A DNA stretch of 64,000 bases, taken from NCBI GenBank assembly GCA_902632605.1, contig CACPDB010000003.1, positions 66,342 through 130,341 of the forward strand. The letters run 5' to 3'. Below the pieces are notes generated by a model. The model did no database searches and was not told where the DNA came from. It saw only the letters and a list, made by a program, of their open reading frames with translations. This document shows positions 58,408-64,000 of this stretch, piece after piece (positions within the stretch are counted from its first letter, which is position 1; the number at the start of each line of letters is the position of its first letter). The stretch is from an uncultured SAR86 cluster bacterium (GTDB lineage Bacteria > Pseudomonadota > Gammaproteobacteria > Magnimaribacterales > AG-339-G14). Position numbers and translations under genes: made by a program.

Positions 58408-59547
58408 TTAGACTTTTTCTAAAATATGTATGCCGCAGGCAGTACCAAGCCCAATCACATGAGTCATTCCTAGTTTTGCGCCTTCAACCTGTCTTTCTCC
58501 TGCTTCGCCTCTTAAGTGAGTACAAACTTCATAAATATTTGCTATTCCAGTAGCTCCTAAAGGATGCCCTTTTGAAAGAAGACCTCCAGAAACATTAACA
58601 GGTACTTTCCCCCCAAGCTCGACATGACCTTCATCAATCATTTTCCCTGCTTCTCCATCTTTACAAAGTCCTAGGTTCTCATAATGAAGCATCTCAGCTG
58701 TTGCAAAACAATCATGCAGTTCTACAAGATTAATATCTTCAGGACCTACTCCAGCCATTTCATATGCCTGTTCAGCAGCTAACCTTGTACAAGCATTTAC
58801 GTCAGGCATGACCAAGTCTCTATCTGTATAGGGATCACTTGCTAGTGCAGAAGCTTTAACTCTTACAGCACGTCCCATTCCTAACTCTTTTGCTTTCTTT
58901 TCTGAAACAAGGACTGCAGCAGCAGATCCATCAACGTTAACAGAACACATAAGTTTTGTATTTGGGTAAGAAATCATTTCTGCATTCATTACAACATCCA
59001 AAGGAGTTTCAATTTGATACATTGCTTTTGGATTCATTGTCGAATGATGATGATTTTTTACTGAAATCTTTGCAAATTGCTCAAAGGTTGTTCCGTGATC
59101 TTTTGAATGTTCCATACCCGCTTCTGCAAAAACACAGGGCATAGTACCTGATCCTAAAAGACCTTCTTTTGGAATACCATCTCCGCCACCTGCACCACCT
59201 AAAAGACCTTTACCCATTTGTTCAACTCCTACAGCAAGCACTACATCATAAATTCCGGCTTTAATTGACATCCAAGCTTCTCTAAAAGCTGTAGCACCAG
59301 TTGCACATGCATTTGCACAATTAACTACAGGAATACCTGTTTGTCCTATCTCTTGAAGGATTCTTTGCCCAACCATAGCATTTGCTTGACCAAGGTTCCC
59401 ACAATACATTGCTTGCATATCCTTAATAGTTAAGCCGGCATCGTCTAATGCCATCAACGCTGCTTCAGCACCTATATTTGGAACAGTTCTGTCTGGAAAC
59501 CTTCCAAATTTAATCATATCGACCCCTAAAACGTATACATCACTCAT
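58408..59547 (-). CDS. SCP2-type thiolase-family protein
   Basis: NACATG, DGSAA, ELHDCF, GHPLGATG. Confidence 0.93.
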   Translation of the reverse strand: MSDVYVLGVDMIKFGRFPDRTVPNIGAEAALMALDDAGLTIKDMQAMYCGNLGQANAMVGQRILQEIGQTGIPVVNCANACATGATAFREAWMSIKAGIYDVVLAVGVEQMGKGLLGGAGGGDGIPKEGLLGSGTMPCVFAEAGMEHSKDHGTTFEQFAKISVKNHHHSTMNPKAMYQIETPLDVVMNAEMISYPNTKLMCSVNVDGSAAAVLVSEKKAKELGMGRAVRVKASALASDPYTDRDLVMPDVNACTRLAAEQAYEMAGVGPEDINLVELHDCFATAEMLHYENLGLCKDGEAGKMIDEGHVELGGKVPVNVSGGLLSKGHPLGATGIANIYEVCTHLRGEAGERQVEGAKLGMTHVIGLGTACGIHILEKV

Positions 59548-59568
59548 AATTTCTCCTTTTTGTATATT

Positions 59569-59982
59569 TTATGCTGGTTCGAAGAAATAACTCAAGTAAG
59601 AGTTTCCTTCTTTATCTTTTCTTCCTAAAGCGTCCTGATATGTAAGTTTTACTTTCATGCCAAAGTTTATTTTTTCTGGATCAGGTTCAATATTTATAAG
59701 ATTCCCCTTTACAGTTCCACCACCATCTAAATCAACAATTGCAGATACATAGGGAACATCAATACCAGGAAAAGATCTATAAACGACTGAAAAAGAATAT
59801 AAGACCCCAGTTTCTTCGAGCTTTACAGTTGATATTTTGTCTCTAGCAAAACATTTAGAACAAACTGTTCTCTCACCAAGAAAAACAGCTCCACATCCTC
59901 CACACTTATGACCCTCTAGATAAGGATCTCCATCGTCCGGGATTTTTAGATAACTTACTGCTGGTAAACTTTTTTCTGACAC
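59569..59982 (-). CDS. DUF35 Zn-ribbon/OB-fold thiolase partner (likely GTG start at 59982)
   Basis: C..C and C..C Zn ribbon, G.LYSF, PY; AAGGGGG SD upstream. Confidence 0.88.
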   Translation of the reverse strand: MSEKSLPAVSYLKIPDDGDPYLEGHKCGGCGAVFLGERTVCSKCFARDKISTVKLEETGVLYSFSVVYRSFPGIDVPYVSAIVDLDGGGTVKGNLINIEPDPEKINFGMKVKLTYQDALGRKDKEGNSYLSYFFEPA

Positions 59983-60050
59983 TTGTTCATCCCCCTTTTT
60001 AAAAGTACATTGAACCAAAAAAAAAAGGAAATTTAAACAACTAAATAATT

Positions 60051-60782
60051 ATGAGTATTTGGGGCGGCATCACTGGTGGTTTTCTTGGATTTGTGGTTCT
60101 GGGACCAATTGGAGCATTAGTAGGAAGCGTTATTGGCTCGAATATATCCTCTAGTTCAAAAAAAAGAAGACCCAATAATTTTGATCAACAGGTAGCTTTT
60201 TTTGCAGCTTTATTTGCTTGCCTTGCAAAAATAGCAAAAGCTGATGGAAGAGTTGACGAAGCTGAGGTAAAGAAAATTGAAGAATTCATCTCTACTAAGT
60301 TAAATCTGAATAGAGAACATAGAAATTTTGCAATTAATATTTTTCAAAAGGCAAAAGATGATAACGTAAGTTTTGAAGCTTATGCTTCCAATCTTTATCA
60401 GATTCTTTCTTCAAGCCCGAATTCATTATTAGTTTTTTATGAAATGCTTTTTGAACTAGCCCTTGCTGATGGCATACTTCATCCGAACGAGGACTATCTT
60501 TTAAAAAAAATCCCAAAGATTTTCAGATTTGATGAAAATGTTTATAAGTCTTTGTACGAAAAATTTATTGAAAAAACAAATGATTACTATAAAACTTTAG
60601 GGATAAATGAAAATGCCTCTTTCAATGAAATAAAAAAAGCTTACTATAAAAAAAGAAAAGAGTTTCATCCTGATACTCTAATTGGGAAAGGACTTCCAGA
60701 AGAGTTTGTTGAAAAAGCAAAAGAAAAATTTATTGAAATACAGGAAGCTTACGAAGAATTAGAAAAAAGATGTCAAAAGTGA
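60051..60782 (+). CDS. djlA: DjlA-like co-chaperone (TM-TerB-like-J domain)
   Basis: Gly-rich TM, AKADGRV..E, ADG, J domain with HPD. Confidence 0.85.
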   Translation: MSIWGGITGGFLGFVVLGPIGALVGSVIGSNISSSSKKRRPNNFDQQVAFFAALFACLAKIAKADGRVDEAEVKKIEEFISTKLNLNREHRNFAINIFQKAKDDNVSFEAYASNLYQILSSSPNSLLVFYEMLFELALADGILHPNEDYLLKKIPKIFRFDENVYKSLYEKFIEKTNDYYKTLGINENASFNEIKKAYYKKRKEFHPDTLIGKGLPEEFVEKAKEKFIEIQEAYEELEKRCQK

Positions 60783-60794
60783 TAGTTTAGTCTT

Positions 60795-61283
60795 ATGAAC
60801 TTCATTAAAACTATTCTCTTCAAAACTGACGACTTTCTAAAAAGTCTTGGTTTTCTCGATTTTGTGATTTTATTCATTGTAAGAATTTATCTTTTTTTTA
60901 TTTTTTGGGGAGCAGGAACTTCGTCTAATAAACTTTCTTGGAATGACAGAGTACCAAGCGTAAATCCAAGATTTTCTGAATTCTTAGGTCCTGGAGGGTC
61001 TGATAATTTAAACTTTATCTTCCCAACTCTCTTTGCATGGCTTGTAATACTTGCAGAAGCTGGAGGAGCAATTCTTTTATTGTTAGGTCTTTTTACCAGA
61101 TGGGCTAGCGTTCCCATTATCTTCGCAATGTTTGTTGCGGCTTATTTTCATTTTCCAAATGGATGGAATGCAGATGCAGGAGGATATGAAATGGCAGCTA
61201 CTTATATTGTAATTCTTGCCATACCTCTTATTTATGGAGGTGGTAATTATCTTTCTTTGGATTACTGGGTAAGAAGAAAATAA
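60795..61283 (+). CDS. DoxX-family membrane protein
   Basis: AE.GG..LLLGLFTR, H..GW, G.E, G.G..SLD. Confidence 0.88.
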   Translation: MNFIKTILFKTDDFLKSLGFLDFVILFIVRIYLFFIFWGAGTSSNKLSWNDRVPSVNPRFSEFLGPGGSDNLNFIFPTLFAWLVILAEAGGAILLLLGLFTRWASVPIIFAMFVAAYFHFPNGWNADAGGYEMAATYIVILAIPLIYGGGNYLSLDYWVRRK

Positions 61284-61883
61284 GTGATTGAGAAAGGTAA
61301 AATTTCTCAAGAACCATTCATTGAGATATTAAAAATTCTTGAAGAAGCTGAATCTGCAAATCTTGTTGATTGGAATGCCATGAATATTGCGTCTGTTGAC
61401 CAAATGAATCAACCCAGCTCAAGAATGGTTCTTTTAAAAAAAATATCCGATGACGGATTAGTATTTTATACAAATTACAATAGCCGCAAAGGAAAAGAGA
61501 TTGAGCTGAACAGCAAAGTAGCAGTTAATTTTTGGTGGAGAGAATTAAAAAAACAAATCAGAATAGAAGGCTTTATAGAAAAAGCATCAGAACAAGATTC
61601 TGATGATTACTTTAATTCAAGGCCTCTAAAATCTAGAGTATCTGCAATCATTTCTAACCAAAGTTCAATAATTTCTTCCTATGAAGATTTAAAAATTCAA
61701 ATAGATAATTACCTTGAGCAAAATGATGAATTTTCAATAGAAAGACCCGATCATTGCGGCTTATATAATGTAATTCCAAATGCAGTAGAATTTTGGCAGG
61801 AGCGTGAAAATAGGACTCATGAGAGACTGAAGTACCTTCTTGGAGAAAATCAAAAGTGGAGTAGTTATCTTTTATCACCTTAA
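61284..61883 (+). CDS. pdxH: Pyridoxamine 5'-phosphate oxidase (GTG start)
   Basis: RMVLLK, FYTNYNSRKG, Q.RIEG, YF.SRP, EFWQ, R.H.R. Confidence 0.95.
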   Translation: MIEKGKISQEPFIEILKILEEAESANLVDWNAMNIASVDQMNQPSSRMVLLKKISDDGLVFYTNYNSRKGKEIELNSKVAVNFWWRELKKQIRIEGFIEKASEQDSDDYFNSRPLKSRVSAIISNQSSIISSYEDLKIQIDNYLEQNDEFSIERPDHCGLYNVIPNAVEFWQERENRTHERLKYLLGENQKWSSYLLSP

Positions 61884-61892
61884 TATTTTGTT

Positions 61893-61926
61893 TATAATCA
61901 CCACCAAGGCCCCTCGTATAGGTCAC
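61893..61926 (+). promoter_or_regulatory. -10 box plus putative thrS translational operator (tRNA-Thr anticodon mimic)
   Basis: TATAAT at 61893; GGCCC-CTCGTAT-AGGTC hairpin at 61908-61924 with CGT in a 7-nt loop. Confidence 0.6.
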
Positions 61927-61930
61927 ATTT

Positions 61931-63859
61931 ATGGTAACAATCACACTTCCAGATAATTCTAAAAAAACTTTTGATTCGCCTGTTTCAATTGAAGATGTTG
62001 CTGCAGATATAGGCAAAGGACTTTTTAAAGCAACTGTTGCTGGAAGAGTAGATGGTTTCTTGAAAGATGGTTCAGATCTTTTAGAAAATGATTGCTCTTT
62101 AGAATTAATAAGAAATTCTGATCATGAAGGCTTGGAAATCATTAGGCATTCCTGTGCTCATTTATTTGGTCATGCTCTGAAACAAATTTATCCAGAAGCA
62201 AAGATGGCTATAGGTCCTGTTATAGAAGATGGTTTTTACTACGATATTGATTTTGAAAAAAAATTAACTGACGAAGATTTACTAAACATAGAACAAAGAA
62301 TGAAAGAGCTTGCTTCAAGCGAGTACAAGGTTGTAAAAAAAATAGTCTCTAGAGAAGAAGCAAAAAAAGTCTTTAAAGAAAGAAAAGAAAAATACAAACT
62401 CAAAATCATTGACGATATTCCTCAAGACGAAATTATTGCTCTTTATTATCATGAAGAATATATCGATATGTGTAAGGGACCTCATGTTACTTCAATGAGG
62501 CACTTAAAAAGTTTTAAATTGTTAAATGTTTCTGGAGCATATTGGCGAGGTGATTCAAAAGGAAAAATGCTCCAAAGAATATATGGAACTGCATGGAATA
62601 CAGATAAAGAATTAAAGCAATATATCTCAAATTTGGAAGAAGCCTCTAAAAGAGACCATAGAAAATTAGGTCAAAAATATGACTTATTTCATTTTCAAGA
62701 AGAAGCACCAGGAATGGTTTTTTGGCATCCAAAAGGATGGACTATTTTTAGGATATTAGAGGACTACATTAGAGAAAAACTTAGAATCTCAGGTTATGAG
62801 GAAATAAAAACTCCTGAAGTTGTAGATCGAAAACTTTGGGAAAGATCCGGTCATTGGGATAAATACCGAGAAAATATGTATATTACTGAAATTGATGAGG
62901 AGCATGCCAATGAAAAAAGAGTAAATGCCTTAAAGCCAATGAGTTGTCCCTGTCATGTTCAAGTTTACAATCAAGGTTTAAAGTCCTATAGAGATTTACC
63001 TATCAGATATTCAGAATTTGGTTCTTGTCATAGATATGAACCTTCAGGTACTTTGCATGGTTTGATGAGAGTAAGACAAATGACTCAGGATGACGGACAC
63101 ATCTTTTGTTCAGAAGATCAAATTGAAGATGAGGCTGGTTCATTTATAGATATTCTCTCAGAAATATATAGGGAATTAGGTTTTGCTAAGCTGGATATAA
63201 AGTTATCAACTAGACCTGAGCATCGAGTCGGAACAGATAAAATTTGGGATAAGGCTGAAAAAGCTTTAGAGGCAGCGATAAATAATCAAGGCATATCTTA
63301 TGAAATTTCAGAAGGTGATGGAGCTTTTTACGGTCCAAAAATAGATTTCGTTCTTACCGATTCTTTAAATAGAGAGTGGCAGTGCGGTACATTGCAAGCA
63401 GATTTTAATATGCCGGAGAGATTGGGTGCCTCTTATGTTGGAACAGATGGGGAAAGACATGTCCCGGTAATGTTACATCGAGCTTTTTTAGGTTCTTTTG
63501 AAAGATTTATAGGAATACTTATCGAGCAATATGCAGGAGAATTTCCTCTATGGTTGGCACCAATTCAAGCTGTTGCAATAAATATATCGGAAAAACATAC
63601 TGAAAAAACCAAAGAAATCACCGATTTTCTTAAAAATAAAGGATTTAGAGTAAATTCAGACTTGAGGAATGAGAAGATCGCTTATAAAATCCGCCATCAC
63701 TCTATGCAAAAGGTTCCTTACATCATTGTTTTGGGTGATAAGGAGATAGAAACTTCCACATTGGCAATTAGAGACAGACAAGGTTCTGACTTGGGTTCGA
63801 TGTCGATAGACGCATTTAGTGAAATTTTAATTAAAAAAATTGAATCTAAGGAGGTTTGA
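61931..63859 (+). CDS. thrS: Threonyl-tRNA synthetase
   Basis: TGS domain, HSCAH, DHRKLG, KPM.CP.H, QDD.HIF, GAFYGPK, HRA..GS.ERF. Confidence 0.98.
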   Translation: MVTITLPDNSKKTFDSPVSIEDVAADIGKGLFKATVAGRVDGFLKDGSDLLENDCSLELIRNSDHEGLEIIRHSCAHLFGHALKQIYPEAKMAIGPVIEDGFYYDIDFEKKLTDEDLLNIEQRMKELASSEYKVVKKIVSREEAKKVFKERKEKYKLKIIDDIPQDEIIALYYHEEYIDMCKGPHVTSMRHLKSFKLLNVSGAYWRGDSKGKMLQRIYGTAWNTDKELKQYISNLEEASKRDHRKLGQKYDLFHFQEEAPGMVFWHPKGWTIFRILEDYIREKLRISGYEEIKTPEVVDRKLWERSGHWDKYRENMYITEIDEEHANEKRVNALKPMSCPCHVQVYNQGLKSYRDLPIRYSEFGSCHRYEPSGTLHGLMRVRQMTQDDGHIFCSEDQIEDEAGSFIDILSEIYRELGFAKLDIKLSTRPEHRVGTDKIWDKAEKALEAAINNQGISYEISEGDGAFYGPKIDFVLTDSLNREWQCGTLQADFNMPERLGASYVGTDGERHVPVMLHRAFLGSFERFIGILIEQYAGEFPLWLAPIQAVAINISEKHTEKTKEITDFLKNKGFRVNSDLRNEKIAYKIRHHSMQKVPYIIVLGDKEIETSTLAIRDRQGSDLGSMSIDAFSEILIKKIESKEV

Positions 63860-63900
63860 TTGGTACATAAAAGATCTTTTTCTTTTTTAGCTAACTAGAT

Positions 63901-64000
63901 ATGGCTTTAGCAAAAAGAAATTATAAAAAAGAAAATAAACAACCTATAAATAAGTTTATTAAAGCAGACAAAGTTAGGTTAATTTCAAATTCTGGAGAAC
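63901..64000 (+). CDS. infC: Translation initiation factor IF-3, 5' part (truncated by window edge)
   Basis: MALAKRNYKKENKQPINKFIKADKVRLISNSGE matches IN..I....VRLI...GE; follows thrS. Confidence 0.9.
   Translation, partial: MALAKRNYKKENKQPINKFIKADKVRLISNSGE

Noticed and set aside
296-62016. Many short antisense or overlapping ORFs in the track (e.g. 3988..4356, 13290..13652, 48168..48668, 61654..62016)
   Set aside because: Shadows of well-supported genes on the other strand, with no motifs
1-64000. CRISPR arrays, rRNA, riboswitches, defence systems
   Set aside because: No repeat-spacer arrays or recognisable genes, and intergenic gaps are too short (mostly under 100 nt)

Overview
AT-rich, very compact gammaproteobacterial DNA with many overlapping genes. 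It resembles a streamlined marine lineage such as SAR86, which is an inference from gene order and composition. 1-23 kb is core genome: nadE (partial), scpA, scpB, rluB, gph, ubiG, a three-gene pnt transhydrogenase, then gyrA-serC-pheA-hisC-tyrA-aroA-cmk-rpsA-ihfB-lapA-pyrF, a cupin, ggt, uvrC, pgsA, tRNA-Cys and tRNA-Leu. An integrase-free surface-glycan island of about 30-34 kb starts 6 nt after tRNA-Leu. It holds three apparent ulosonic (2-keto-acid sugar) modules, each with a C-C bond-forming enzyme, its own CMP-transferase and its own uncharacterised transferase of about 600 aa. None matches the canonical Neu, Leg, Pse or Kdo gene sets. Module 1 is GmhA + KdsC-like phosphatase + SAF-less NeuB + NeuA plus tailoring enzymes. 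Module 2 is an HpcH aldolase + KdsB. Module 3 is a divergent GAPDH + 2-hydroxyacid dehydrogenase + HAD + HpcH aldolase + CMP-transferase. Together these are the best candidate for an undescribed system. The island also has a probable frameshift or non-canonical start in its ABC flippase and a C8 tract that may be phase-variable. The right end returns to housekeeping genes: rnd, a DUF35/thiolase pair, djlA, doxX, pdxH, thrS with a tRNA-Thr-mimic leader, and an ATG-initiated infC. All calls come from motif recognition; no database searches were run.
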